The translations under genes were made by a program, and so were the position numbers. A stretch of 62,506 nucleotides of DNA, filler included, from Rhabdomonas costata (Eukaryota): assembly GCA_019059605.1 (NCBI GenBank). It is 33 parts of 33 records of this genome, joined end to end, with 100 filler letters (N's around TTAATTAATTAA, not from the genome) between each part and the next. Parts side by side here need not be neighbours in the genome. Positions count along the whole stretch, not along the records: positions 11,385 to 13,182 come from JAHMHO010008886.1; positions 13,283 to 15,080 come from JAHMHO010008887.1; positions 15,181 to 16,976 come from JAHMHO010008888.1; positions 17,077 to 18,873 come from JAHMHO010008889.1; positions 18,974 to 20,771 come from JAHMHO010008890.1; positions 20,872 to 22,667 come from JAHMHO010008891.1; positions 22,768 to 24,565 come from JAHMHO010008892.1; positions 24,666 to 26,463 come from JAHMHO010008893.1; 25 more parts are not named here. One strand, 5' to 3'. Numbering within the stretch: position 1 is the first letter of the stretch; each line of letters begins with the position of its first letter. Below, one piece after another: positions 13,100-27,266 of this stretch. The notes under the pieces were generated by a model. The model was given only the letters and a program-made list of their open reading frames with translations, was not told the origin of the DNA and made no database searches.

Positions 13100-16000
13100 G
13101 TTTGGTGCGGACGAGGGTGGGGGTTGGAGTGTGGTGGGTTGATCATGGGGCTTCCGCACCTTGTGGCTGCTTTGTATTCAGGNNNNNNNNNNNNNNNNNN
13201 NNNNNNNNNNNNNNNNNNNNNNNNNNTTAATTAATTAANNNNNNNNNNNNNNNNNNNNNNNNNNNNNNNNNNNNNNNNNNNNGTTTTTTTGTCGGTGACT
13301 CAGTCTCACCAAGATCCGCAGGACGACCTTCAAGCTCCAGTGGGATACCACCGCGGGATCGTACCTGTAATTACTGTGGCCAAGTTAGGAACTTCACCAG
13401 AGAATGTCCCCAGCGTAAGACCGAGTCACCGACAAAATAGGAGAAGGAACACAGGGGGTTGGGTAGAGGGACGTTTGTGGGTGGAGACGGAGGGCGTAGT
13501 GTTGGTTTTGAGAAGTCAAACTGTGGCGGGAAATGAGATTAGCGCATGCCTCCAGAGGTGATGGTGGTCCACACGCTGTCCAGGACGGAGATTGTCGTTG
13601 TGTAGATCTGTGGAGAGTGTTGCAAGTATTGTACGGTAATTATATCAGTAATGGCGGACTACCGGGTGTAGACGAGGCGCTGGGCTTAATTAGAACGGAG
13701 TCACCTTCCTGCAACGAAACGCCAGTGACCAACACCCAATGGATTGGCGTGTGTTGAAAAAACACCGCTCGGGTGGCGGGGTCAACAGATTCTGAAGAGG
13801 CGTCAGGAGCAAGCACATCGGAGTCTCAGCCGGATCTAGGAAATGTTAGAAGTCTACTTCCTCTGCTTTTGAAAACTTTGACTCATGTCATCAAACCGAC
13901 AGCAGGACAGAGCGCAACTGCTTCATTGTGCGATGCGTGTTGCTTCTGCTCCGGTTGTGATGCGACGTCATCGGTGTGTGTTGTGCACCTTACTTCTGAT
14001 GCGTCAACTCAAAAAGATTTCGACCTAACAACAGTCATCGTGCGTTGCGAGACTGCCACTTCTGATGAAACTTCGACTGACCTGCGTTACGCTGTTGTGG
14101 AACACCCGTTCAACCGCGACACAGAGTCACTGTCACGTGAGATTCGGACAGTGCCACTGTCAAGAGATCCAAACTTGCTTTCACGTGCGCCGACGGCAGA
14201 CCCCACGACCAATGTGCCATGCGCAATTGTGTGATCAAAGCTTAGAAGCCATCCGGAGCCACCGTCATGTGCGATGCGGGTTATGCCTGTGATGGTCGAT
14301 GCTACTCCGCTTCCGCGTGTTTTGCGTACAGTGAAGTAGCATAAGAAGCCGGAGCTGACGGATCGTGTGTTGCTACCAGCCAGTGAATGGTAGCAGTAAG
14401 TAAGTAGGAGTGAGAACTGGAATGTGCACGAGTCACACAGACATAAGACAAGCGTGATGGAGAAAGGTGTTTATCAGTTAACGCTGGGAGTTCAACCAGG
14501 AATGCTAACACTACCGGATTATTACTCTTTTTCAAAAACCTCTATTTTTGCAACCACTACCGGTTATCTACCAAAAGAACTAACGCTTACAGCTTTGTTT
14601 TCTAAGCTGGTGGTCCCGGAAGTTGAAGTTTCCACTGAAGAAGGATCAGACCCCCAGACGCCTAGGCAACTACTGTTCCTACCGCTTAACACATGGAAAA
14701 AACATGCCGGACATATTGGATCCAGAAGCTTTAGATGTCCTAATGATCGAATACTGAACTACAACTCCAGCGCAAGCGTCTGAAGCATTTGTTGTCAGTC
14801 AGAGTGGATAACGTACCAACCCTGGTGGTCGCACATTTGTCAGTTTATCAATTTGGAGATGACACCAAGTGCATTACTTCTTAACCCGGAATGTCGCCGC
14901 AGCCGTCTGACGATCAGGGTATAAATCAAATGCCCCCACCGAAAGTAGAACAACCAATTGGACAAGAAATCTTCGAATCTAACAGTGGACCAGACTCCTA
15001 ATCCTCCCACTCAGCAGCAAGTGATCTTGCGCCGTCTGCCATGGAGCACTTCCATCTACTTGTGGAGCATACCACACAACNNNNNNNNNNNNNNNNNNNN
15101 NNNNNNNNNNNNNNNNNNNNNNNNTTAATTAATTAANNNNNNNNNNNNNNNNNNNNNNNNNNNNNNNNNNNNNNNNNNNNGTGGTTGCCCCCTTTAGCGG
15201 TTGGCGGTTTTCGGTGGTTGCAATTCTGCTTTTGTGATAGGATTTTCTTGAGGTGACGTTTTTCTGGCGTGACCTTTGCTTTTTTATCATTAGAATCGAA
15301 CGGTTAGGGATCCGCCCTTTTCCGCTCATCACTGGCTCTGGGCGACGCGACCCATTACTCGCACGCGGGGTTGTCGTAACCGCGAAATGGAATGTGTGCA
15401 GAGACGTATTATTGACTGGGGTGTTTACCTGCGCAGCTTACCGGCAGGGAGGCCCACGGCTGCGCTTTCCTGAAAAGGTTTTCCGGCAACGGCACTCGGC
15501 AGCTGCAGGTGGCCGACATGAAGGCCATCCTTTGCGACACGGACTCAGGTCTACGCAGTTTTCTTTTTCAATTTCTGTAACAGGGATCCAACCATGTCAA
15601 TTCCTTCTCAAAACCCGTTGATTTTGTGTGGTCTGTGTCGGGTACACTGTCCAACTGTGCTAGTCCCCCCCCCTCCCCCGCCCAATGTTGGTCAGGTGGA
15701 AGCGTTGGTTTCTAACTCCATTCAGTATAATCGCAAGAAATCGTTGCTGGCATACCGGCGTGCGGCCAGGCGGACTCTTTGCCATCATGCAGTTCTTTGC
15801 CAGAATTCTCACTGAAAGTCCACTCCCATCCAGCGTGAACCGAACCGCAAAATATGAGCTCCAACCTGCCACTCTTGTTCGAGTTCTGAAGTCACTGCTA
15901 GGCGTCCGGTCGGGCCTGGTCTGCTCCGGAATTCGGCGATGTGAGTAGTTCTATCCCTACCCCTGACTGGCGAGGCTCCCTAACATGGGTCCGCAGGCCA

Positions 16001-19000
16001 GTTGAAAAGTCTAAGTTTGATGGAAGGACCCCCAGAACAGCGGGAAGAGAAAGAACTGTATACGTGAGCGGCGGAAAAAGGAGGGAGAACGTGAGTAATA
16101 AGAAAAATATTTGTCATTTGTTCGTGCTGATGGGAATCCTTGCTGGAAAAAAAAGGAAAGAATTTGGGTGAAAACGGGCGTTTTCACGGAAGTCCCCCGT
16201 TGCCCATTTTCCTCTCTCGGAAAGTGTCAAAGGAATGGGGGTGGCTGCCGGGGTGCATCGTCATTCGCTCGCTACTGCGAACGATGCAACGCACGCTTTC
16301 ACACGTACTGACCTGCCGCAAGCGTTTTTTAGCATTCAGATTTTACAATCAGATGTATCACCAGAACTTAAGCTTCATTCATAAGCATCGACTCCGTTGT
16401 TAAGTTTTGGCCGCACTGTGCTCGCAGATATCTCTGTTGTGTCGGAGAGTATAGTTACTGCGGCCAGTATGGTAGCTGAGCTCAGGCCGGGGCCCAAGGT
16501 CGACATCCGGTGCTGGTTTACCTCAACTCCGTATCCCCATATGTCTGCCTTCAAGCCCTTTAGCTTCCCTTCCGACGGCATTGCTGCGGCCATTGCTGGA
16601 GACCGCAGTGTGTTAACGCGCGCGCACACACAGGCGCACACGTTTTTTTGGGTACTGAAACTGATCAATCGTTCGAATCAATTTTAGGGGACACACATGC
16701 AGCTCTATGGTACAACTTAGATGTGTACGGGGTGAAGTTGAAGTAATCTAGCGAATTTACAGGCCTTTCAAAAAAGCGGGACTATTCCTAATCTGCGGGT
16801 GCTACCGTCATAGCGCCCGCACCCCGCTTTTTTTTTTTGGCTGAACTAGCTTGTTGGTTGGAGCATCGTCGTCCCGAAAGGACCTGAAATTAGACCTGAA
16901 AGAACACAACCGGCTCCCAGCTTTCTGACATTTCATTGCAATAAAGGTGCACCTTTGCTGCCAGTACCCAAAAACCNNNNNNNNNNNNNNNNNNNNNNNN
17001 NNNNNNNNNNNNNNNNNNNNTTAATTAATTAANNNNNNNNNNNNNNNNNNNNNNNNNNNNNNNNNNNNNNNNNNNNTGCTGACCCCTGCTACTGCAAGTA
17101 CTTTTGTTGGCTGTTGGACAGTACGAATCTTGTTCAGGCCATTCAATTTAATTCAGTTCAGTTAGTTCAAAGTTCAATGCAACTCTGGTGGAATGCAGGG
17201 GCTAAAGAGCACTTGTTGTGTTACCTTTGTTTCAACCTGTGTACTCACCGCGTTATTCTCCTATTCAGTAACGAGAGTATGTCGGATAGAGAACAAACGC
17301 TACCGTGAAAATCATGCAGTTTTCTGTATTAACTGCAAGTGAATAGCCAGAATTATACCCGAAGGGCCATTACTTAATTCCTCGTTAAGGTCATAATATT
17401 TTCCATTCAACCCCCTTTAATTCATGTCGGTGTAGGAGAGGAAAAGAGCAGTATGACCAGCCTCATTTTTGCCAGGCACCACATCTTCATCTTCGACCCC
17501 CCCCCCCAATTTTTTTTGAATAAAGCGTTATTCGGCCACTAACGCTTAATTTGTTTCTCACAGCCTTGACCCTTTACATACCTGGAACCCACGCACGTCC
17601 GCCTGTGAATGAGCCGGCCAAGCAACTCAAGTCAGAAGAGCCCTGCTGGGATGATGGTTCGTCGGAAGGACCAGGCTCAATTGCCTTTCCACCAGACTTT
17701 CTGGCTGAATCAAAATTCAATTCTACTCTTTTTTGGATTCATTTGTGTAGTTATTCGGAGATGTCAAAGGGTGGTGACCTGGTGGCATTCAGAGTTCTAA
17801 GGTGCAAAGCGCAAGCAAAAGCGCAAGCAAAGTGGAACCCTTACTCAGGTAATTACTGGCCCTTCCTCAGGAAATGTGTGATGTTTGTATACTTGAACAA
17901 GTTGGGGGACCTGGCAAGGCTGGGAAAAATGCAATCTGCACAATCCGCAATTTCATTGCATTTTAGACCTCTCCCAAAATTTTGAATGCCCCCCCCCTTT
18001 CTTTTTTGCATCTTTCTTTGCTTTTTTTTTACATTTTTTTTGTCGCCTTTTCGGCCTATTTGCATTTTGTCCAGCCATGCTGGCGTCCAGATTTGCTTGA
18101 CTTATATATTATAGTCACGCAAATCTGGACTCCAGGCCCTTCGACTTGTCCCAACAAACAAAAACAAGCGTATTTATGTATTTATGTATGCCTGGTGGTC
18201 CCGACTTCTCTCACGATATACAAACGAGCAAACTTGGACACTCTCTTCCACGACTTGTCCGAGAGATATACGCAGAATGCCAACTGTGGGGGCACAATGT
18301 GAAACCCGAATCTATCCGACAAATATAATTGTACTGTATTACTGTAGCTGTACTGTAGAATAATTGTGCTGCATGTAGTTCATCTTGTAGTTCATCTTTT
18401 ACGTTCTTTTTTTTTTAAAAAAAACTCCAACAGTATCTAGCATGAAATGAAACAAGAAAATTCGCATACGATAATCTTGCCTGGTTGGCATTATCTTGAA
18501 AATAATAGTGCACTCAGACAAAAAGCAGAAGCAACCAAAATCTCTCTCAAAGCCAACATTACAGGTTAAACAATAAAAGCGCCTTGGAAAGCAGGTGGAA
18601 AACAGAGTCGACTTGGACTTGCGAAATCTCGTCCATTTTTCTTAAAAAAGGAGCAGTTATATGGTGAACTGTTGGTGTATGTCGAAAAACGAGCGAAATT
18701 GTTTTAGACAAATCAATTAAAACTGAATGAAAAATTTCGAATTAAGTAAGGTTTTGATGTGTGCTTCTATAATAATCTGTTAAAAGATACGGTGAAAATG
18801 TTGTTCAGAGATGCTGACTCATTCTGTGTTGAGACGCGAACGCAGAATGAGTCAGCATCTCTGAACACCAACANNNNNNNNNNNNNNNNNNNNNNNNNNN
18901 NNNNNNNNNNNNNNNNNTTAATTAATTAANNNNNNNNNNNNNNNNNNNNNNNNNNNNNNNNNNNNNNNNNNNNTGTTGTTTTTCCGAAGAACCTGCTGCC

Positions 19001-19541
19001 CCTTCATTTGGCAGTTGCCAAGTGAGGGGGAGACCTGCACGCACAAAGAACTAAAGACCTGTGTGTGTGGAGGGGGTAGTAAGGAGAAGATTCAGAGAGT
19101 GATGGCATCGTGCGTGCCGCTAGAGGCAGAAGTTAAATTCACATGACAGCCTTTATGATGCAAATGATGCAAGGATGATAGAGAGAGGAAGTAGGACGAT
19201 ACCTCACTGCGGTGTGTGTGTGTGTGTGTGTGTGGGATACTAGACGGGAGGCAAGACTGATTCCGACCGAAATTTAGTCAAGTGCATCTACCGTGTCTTT
19301 TTCAGTGTTTATCATTTTCTTTGTCTTTCTGAAAATTCTAATCTTCCTCCAGTGTCCAGACGGAGTTCTGGACCTCTCCCACCACAGCCTCGGCCGTCTT
19401 TTTATAACTTTTTTTGGGGAGCAAATCACCCCACCCAACTCTTTCCTGTCTTCCTCTTCTACTTCTGCTGCTGCTTCTGCTGGGCAGACATTCCCATCCC
19501 AATACCAAAAAGCGGTTTGGCACCCATGACCACCTGCACAC

Positions 19542-20586
19542 CTGGTCGGGGCGGGGCAGGAAGTCATGCAGCGGGGGGTCCAGCAGGCAGACTGTGCCTG
19601 GGCGCCCGTCCAGCGCGGCCAGCAGCTGCGAGAGAGCATCGCGGTGCAGCGGGAGCAGCTTCTGAATAGCCGCCCGCCTCCCCGAGAGCTCGCCGGCCAT
19701 CACCAGCTCCCGCACAGCCTGAGCGTGGCTCTGTGGAACGGTTGTGGAAAGCGTGCAACGGGTGGCCAATGGGAAATGAGGGAAAGAGAGTCCACCGGAA
19801 TTGAGCATAAGGAAATTTTGGGGTCGCTACACATGGCTGACGGAAGGGGACGCCTTGGCTTCCTTTTTCAATCGAGATTTAATTGCTCTCCTCTCGTGCG
19901 ATATTCGCTCGCCTTTTGTGTTTTTTCTCTTCCTTTTAGCTATGCTTTGACGTTGCCTACCCATACCCATACCACTGAAATTGTTTTGCAGCTTTCTTCT
20001 GAAATTGCTTTCTTGGTCTCTGATTTGCAGTGCACTGTCTTTCTCTCGTGCGGCCGAATCATCGCTGCTTTGCTTAAGAAAGGTGATTGAATAAAATTGA
20101 CTATATATCAGCTCCCGACTCCAAACAAGCTGCCATCTGTGCAAACCAGCCAGTTGCAACTGTCCAAGGATACCTGTGAGTATGTATTATATTCGGAGGA
20201 TCGTGTGCGCGGAGGTGGGCAAGGACTGAGAGCAGAGGGATGCAATTGAATTAAGTTCGCTGTGAGCGTGGGAGTGGGTCTCTTCCGATAATGTGCCGAA
20301 AGTTAGGGCAAACAAAACAATTCGCACCGCAGCAGCACAACCTCCGCGCTTTTTTCAAGATGAACGCACCTGTGGTTAGCGGGTAAAGGTAGACACATGC
20401 ACACACACACACTGAGGGCGACACCTTATCGAAGAACATGTGCTCCGTGCGGCAGAGCCCCACGCCCTCCGCACCGAACCGCAGCGCCGCGGCGACTTTA
20501 CCGGGGGTGTCCGCGTTGGCGCGAACCTTCAGCCGGCGGTACTTCGCCGCCCACTCCATCACTGTCTTCAAGTGCCCCGTCACCGT
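19542..20586 (-). CDS. ppdK: Pyruvate, phosphate dikinase (divergent), PEP-binding domain exons (20425-20586, 19542-19730)
   Basis: [36 protein letters not shown] and [15 protein letters not shown] intron. Confidence 0.88.
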
Positions 20587-21327
20587 CTGCGGGACCAGGA
20601 CAACAACGGCAGTGATAATGATACAAAGACGTGCGATAGTAATGCACACGTTGCCTCTGTGCACCTGTCATGTAAACGATGCTTTTGTCCTGGTTGCGGT
20701 GGATAAACCCGCGTGACGCATTCAGAAGCAATGACAGAGCTCCAGTTTCCAACACACACGCACAACAACACNNNNNNNNNNNNNNNNNNNNNNNNNNNNN
20801 NNNNNNNNNNNNNNNTTAATTAATTAANNNNNNNNNNNNNNNNNNNNNNNNNNNNNNNNNNNNNNNNNNNNTGTTTTTTGTTTGTCTTGGGACTGTTTGG
20901 GGACGAGCTGCTCACGAACATCATTTATCCTGTCTTTGGCTGATAGTTCCGTGGGCAGGTCGCGAAGATGCCTCCGATGTGAGTTTTCTTTTTTGACTGA
21001 ATACAGCTGTGTTCCTTGTTCGCGTTTGTTTATGTTTGTGCGATGAAAGACGGAAAGCAAACACGCACGTGAGGGAGAGCGATGATGGAAAGAAAAGCCG
21101 CGCGCAGCCTGGGTGCTTGCATGGAGAGTCCTATAGCACTGTTGTCAGACGTGGGGGACCCTCCGCCTGCCCCAGATGTCTCAGGCTCATGTACAAAGAC
21201 ATGCAAAGAAACTGTGTTCTCCCCCATCCGGCGCCAAATCAATTCTCCGATTCCGTTGCCGTTGCGGGAGTCCAGGAGTTCGGCACGGGGTCGGGTCTGC
21301 ATTCACGTGTTAGACATCGTTGCATAG

Positions 21328-21846
21328 GTGGGTGCTGCTGCTTATGGACTACCCAACTCACTTGAACATTCTGGAAAAGCTGCCGTGGGACACCGCCATT
21401 CACGTGGTCGTCCTCATTCTGAACAGCATACCTGATGAGGCCAAGGCCAGGTTTTTTTCTTTTTTTCCTTGCGCGCGTGTGAAGCGAGGGGAAACTTCGC
21501 ATGGTAAGGAATTTCCATTGCTCATACAAACGTATTATGAAGGACCGCCTCCCTGCCTCTCACTACTTTTGGCCGAAATGCGCTTAGAATGACCTTCGTG
21601 TGCCGTCTGCTTCGCGGGCTGCGAGGCTGGCCTCACGACCTGCACGACCCCGCGGCCAGCCCCCCAGAGCTGCTCCAGTGGCTGGTCGAGCTGACCCTTC
21701 TGGACCCCAACCCCTGGAACACCCTGCTCCTGCTGTACGACATCCTGGTGTTCGGAGGGGAGGCCGGCAGCCTCCCCATTAAGGCCAACCGAGACAAGGT
21801 GGTCGCCGTGCTGAGAGAGGCCGCGGTGGCGCCTGACGCCGCCCAG
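21328..21846 (+). CDS. Helical-repeat-like hypothetical protein exons (21328-21450, 21588-21846)
   Basis: AG/GT-bounded, in-phase, high-GC3 exons with Leu-rich amphipathic segments. Confidence 0.5.
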
Positions 21847-22777
21847 GTGCAACTCCCACCCCCACCCCGGGCCGCGCTTTTTGGCGGAAACGGTGATTTA
21901 GAGGTCTCTGTTGAACGCGTTCTCTCTCCAAGCCGACCTTTCCTCCTGCGCGCAGAAGACTCATCAGCATTGCTACAAAACAGACCCATAGTAATTGGAT
22001 ACTATGAATTAGAGGATTTTTTTTTGTTAAAGAGGTCACGGCAGCAGCGCGCACGTTGTTCATGGTCCGGGCCATAGGCAATGCAATAACTTACACTGGC
22101 AACGAAGGAAAAGCGTTCGGTGGAGAATGCGTGGAGGTCAAATGATCATAGAGGGAAACTTGAAAGAAAAACACGGAGAACACGCGCCGTGGATGTGGGT
22201 GTGATTCCAAGGGGGGCAAAGGCCACAAATGAACCCGGAAGACAGGGTGAGGAACACGGATATCAGAAGGGTAACAAATGATGGAAGGGGGGAGGCGGGC
22301 CTGTGTGCTCAGTGCTGCGCGGGGTCTAATCACAAAAACCACTGGAAGGACGGAGAAAGAGGAGCGGTGCACAGTTAGAGCATATTCGGGATAAGTGCTC
22401 GTGAGCAGCTGGTTGAAGAGTGGGTAGGCGGTGTTATTGAAGTGATTTTCACAGGTGGGCCTGTGGTCCTTGTTTGTTTGTTTGTTTTCCCTTCTGCAAA
22501 ACCCATTGTGAAGGACGTTGAGGGCAGTCTGGTGCCATACCAGACTTTATTGTGTCCAGATGTCCTTTTTTCGTTGGTTTTTGAACACGGGAAACCTTCT
22601 CACCGCCTCGCCACCACCCTCCTCGTTCATGCTCATGCTGCATTATCGTCATTCCGTTCCCGTCTCCNNNNNNNNNNNNNNNNNNNNNNNNNNNNNNNNN
22701 NNNNNNNNNNNTTAATTAATTAANNNNNNNNNNNNNNNNNNNNNNNNNNNNNNNNNNNNNNNNNNNNGGTTTGGTGG

Positions 22778-24083
22778 GCGTGGTGCCGATCGCACCAACC
22801 AGACCCATCAGGTCCCCGAAGAACGGAAGCAGCATCGCCAGGAAGGCCGACGAGCAAACGTACAGCACCCGGTAGAGGGCCCGCACCAAGCGGGTGACTC
22901 GAACGCCTCGCTTGAGAAGCACCTGTGGGATAATTCAAATCCAATGTTGAAGTGACAGTTGGTTTCCAAAGGAAACGTTCGCTTTACAGGTGAATGATAC
23001 TTTGGGGGGAGGGCGTATAATAGGGTTTCATAACCAGTAATACAATGCCTTCGTTTGTAATTTCCGACAAGAACAACAGCTCTCAACAGCTGCGCATGCT
23101 TAAAGAACAAAACAGAGAAAAGATTTGAGGGAATTACCTGCTCAATCATGTCGTACAGTGCGAAGCTGAACACTTGATAGCCGGCCAGCACATGGACAAC
23201 TACCAATACGTCAGCCAATGAAATGATCCACCCAGGTCGGCTGAACGAGTTCAGAACGTTGTCCGTGACCGCGTTCCCAAACGCCCAGTACCCCGTGAAG
23301 GAAACCATGAAGTAGCAGATCAGAGTGATGACAAACGTCAAGTGCACGCTCTTCATCATCCGAGGAACCGTGGACTGGCCCCCCGGCTTCTCCGTGCCTG
23401 GAAGGGTGGCCTGAATCTCCAGCGCGGTATTGTGGCCCCCATAAGCAAAGCAAATTGTAGTGAAGGACTGAAAAACTCCAAAGATGCTAAACACATGAAG
23501 AAAAAGACAAGAAAATAACTTTCCGATCGGAAACGCGACAGGGCAGCACGGACTAACCTCGACAAAAAAAAGAATCCGAAAAAAAGACACACGGCACAGA
23601 CTAACCTCGCAAAAAGAAGCTCAAAGAAGACTTTTCCGTGTGAAGACATGCTGTGCAATCGCACCTGTCCGTCACCGAGGTACTGGGGATCGAGTAGCTG
23701 GGGTTCTTCGCGGGATACAAAAGCGAAAGCACAACGGCAATGACACAGTAGGTGGTTGCAGTAAAAGCTCCAGCAAAGGACACCCAGCCCAAGCTGGACA
23801 GCGAAGGTAGCTGGGAAAGTCCAAGCTCCACCGCCGCAAACACGAGAATCCACTGGTACAGGTGCGTGGAGGACGGGTCCGCTGCGTTACGCGTGTACAC
23901 CGCGTGTAGGCAGGTTCCCCCGGTCACCATATAAGTCACGCCCAGGCAGTAGCAGTAGCTCACTTGGAAGGGAAGGATAACCCACAGGCCCTTTCGCCGG
24001 CCATACACCCACGTCGTAAGCTCGTGGTAGCGGTTCAGCCGGCGGGGAGCGCCACCCTCCTTTTCAGGAGGGGCCTCGTGCAA
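22778..24083 (-). CDS. Amino acid permease, AAAP family (LHT-like), exons 23665-24083, 23138-23486, <22778-22922
   Basis: LHE...RLNRYHEL, YMVTGG, LSQLPSLSSLGWVS, FAYGGHNTALEIQATLP, GYWAFGNAVTDNVL and LPFFGDLMGLVGAIG. Confidence 0.88.
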
Positions 24084-27000
24084 CTGAGTAGCAAACAGAA
24101 ACCTTCTGGCGCTAGAGCTTTTATTGATCCCTTGCAGATGGATCAACGCGGTCTGTGTGGGCCATCCTAATTGATACAGCGGCCGGGCCGGGCCCCAGTA
24201 CACGAGACAAGGGACAAAAAACGTAGTTACCGCCCCCCCCCCGGGTGGCACCCTCACAGTTGGTCGCAGATAGGGTGCGAGGCTCAATCCCGTGAACCAC
24301 AAACGGAGTGCAGCGGTGACTTCTGTGACTTTGCCTCTAAAGGGTGATGAACGGTGCCCAGGAGGTTGTCATTAAAAAGCGAATTAGTAACGAATTAGTA
24401 GACGCCAGCCGCCGGCCCTACGCCCCGGGAGAATTTCAGATTAACCTCACAGATACAACCATGCCTTCCCACGAGCTCTTTTGACGCTTGTCCCTTCCTT
24501 CTTCCAAACTTAACCGTGTAGCCCCTTCCTTCCCTAAAACAAAACCCACCAAACACACCCACCACNNNNNNNNNNNNNNNNNNNNNNNNNNNNNNNNNNN
24601 NNNNNNNNNTTAATTAATTAANNNNNNNNNNNNNNNNNNNNNNNNNNNNNNNNNNNNNNNNNNNNGGGGGGGTGGCACAACGAAAGAGCGTCTTAAACAC
24701 AGTGATGACACAGTTTCTGCAAAGACAAAAAGTAAGCTCGTCCGAAATTCCAATCACGCCACGTATCGAACTAAAAAAAAGGAAAAGCTACTTGGAAGGG
24801 AAAGCTGAGACAGTGAAAGGGAATGTGAGGTTTTTAAAGCAAAAGAAGCACGGCACACCAAGAACTTCAACAAACAGGTGGTGATGAAGGGTCGCGGTGG
24901 TGAAGGGCACATGACTCGCGTGCAGAACGGTAGTGCACGCAAAAATCACTCTAAAGTGTGATTGTTTGTTTGACAGCACCGCACAGAGTATTTAACTACC
25001 CCGAGAAAATGAGACGGAAGTGAAAAACATGGTCAATATATACGAACGTAAAAAACCAGGAAGTGCGAGCAACAATAACGGTGCTTCATTCTGACCTGAG
25101 GAGAGTTAAGCAATCACTCAAACAAGTAAAGTTTGCTTTCCCCCAAATTCGGCTCTTGTGCTCATCGGACACCAAGACAATGCTCTGTTAATATCTTCAA
25201 CTTTCCTCGGTTTCCGTTTCGCGGAACTCAAAAAGTAAGCTCCTATTCATTGACCTCTCCTTCACTTGTGTTCTTGTTTTTGTTTGCTCCCCGTAGTCCT
25301 CAGCGTCGCCCCTCCAACCTCAGAGTTTCCCCAAGCCCCCAAGGTCTCAGCCAAAAACCGCCGTTGCTGTGAATCTCCTACGCAATACTTTGGAAATATT
25401 ACAGCGGGGCTATTTGGGTAAATTTATACAGTTGACCAACAAGAAAAAAGGACTTCAAATTGCGAATAAAAATTTGGGAAATTGCGGTTGTGCTGCTTTC
25501 TTTGTACTTGAGGGCTTTTGTAAGGTCACGGCACCACGGCGGAAAAGTTCTTCAGTTGCAGATTCAGCACCAAACAGACCGATGTTAGAAGAAGAAACTG
25601 CTGCCTGTTTATTCTGTGGAGTTTTGTGCGTAATCTCCATTGAAAATAAGCAGCTGGGAAAGTTTGTTGGTACGAGTCATCAGGCTTTTTTTTTCGATCA
25701 ATGTGCTGACCAGATCATACACTATGAGTGTGATAGACGCATTGGATTCGTGGGTCAAGATGATGTTTGGAATCGGCACTAGATATATATTTAGAAAAAC
25801 GCTTGGTAACCAAAGAAAGCAATTATATTAGACTTCCACATCCACAATGTTTTTGTACTTAAGCCTTAGATGGCAAATTTGTCTTAATGACTGTCCGATT
25901 TGCCATGGCTGTGGCTTCCCGCTTCCACTGCAGGCTTCCCAAGCACCACAGATCCGGGGATGTGTGAGCCTTGTACGAACATCGAACGAATGAAAAAAAA
26001 AAGTAGTCCGGTTGGCCAGCACTCGTACTCCTCGAGGGGTATGTAGCCACCACCAAACTTGGGTTTTGAGGAGGTTGCCGAGGTTCTCTTCATCGCGGTG
26101 GCGCACGCGCAAGAGAGACAATTCAAGCCACATACCCCTATTGGTAGAATAGCCCATCGGGGAGATAAGGAAAGGCACGTCAACAGGAGCTTACAACAGG
26201 AGGACCGCAGGAGTGCAATATTTTTTCTCAGTTCTCAACCATTGCATCCTCGCTCTCATTTTTTCCAACTTTCTTCTTTTTCCTTTCCTCTATTACGCAA
26301 CTACATTCTGGTTTCTGAAATTCGCACTTTCCTTTTTAGCCCTTCATCTTCTCCGAGTTCTATCGATTTTTCCCTGTCACCCACCTCTGCTTGGCCCTCT
26401 GGAAGTTATTGGCCGAACGCTGGCTTGCTAACCATTTTGTTTTGTGAGCTCTCCCACACACCCNNNNNNNNNNNNNNNNNNNNNNNNNNNNNNNNNNNNN
26501 NNNNNNNTTAATTAATTAANNNNNNNNNNNNNNNNNNNNNNNNNNNNNNNNNNNNNNNNNNNNTGTGTTGTGTCTCGAGTAAAACCCCGAGGAGGTGCAG
26601 CACACCGCATGGTCCCCGAAGGGACAGCAGCTGCTTCATTCCGTGCGGCCGTCTAAGAGCTCTGCGAAGACCAGGAGTCTAGGAGAGGGTCAGCGAGAAC
26701 TGCTGAAAGGGACACGCTCGACATGCGGGGTGATGAGTTCAGAGCAGGGAGGCAGCCGTACTGCGCAGTGCTTCCAGCGCCCCACTGAGATCTGCCGGAA
26801 ACGTAGGGCACTGGATGCCCGTGGTACTGGAGTGTTTCGCAGCGCGAGAGAGTTTCCTCAGGTCACTTTGGCTGAGCCCATACTTCGGCGCATTCAGGCC
26901 GTCGTCCTTCTGTCCTTCTTTCTCACCTTTTTTCCTTCGTCCAATTTTTTCTTCACTCCCTGGTTTCTCCCTGATTTTCGCCCCTTCACCCATCCCTGCC

Positions 27001-27266
27001 TTCCTCCCTGTGGTTCATTGTCCGTTGGTATTTCCGAAAGAATACAAATTTCAATTTAGAACTGAATATAGTGCCCTTTGTTTTGTTTCGTCGTTTGCAG
27101 TGGTTTGATGTTTTGTTTCTTTTTCACCTTTTGTTGATCCCCCCTCAACTCACTCGCGTTTTGAAATTGTTTTTTCGGTGACCCTTTAAGTACTGCTGTG
27201 CATACATTGATGCCTGTAAAGCGATTGAATTGTGATTTGCTGCCGGCACTTGTGATTTCCTCTCAG

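Noticed and set aside
13283-15080. Contig with several broken ORFs, possibly a decayed mobile element
   Set aside because: No recognisable motif or splice structure to support a call.
17077-18873. ORFs in this contig
   Set aside because: No coding bias or motifs; appears intronic or intergenic.
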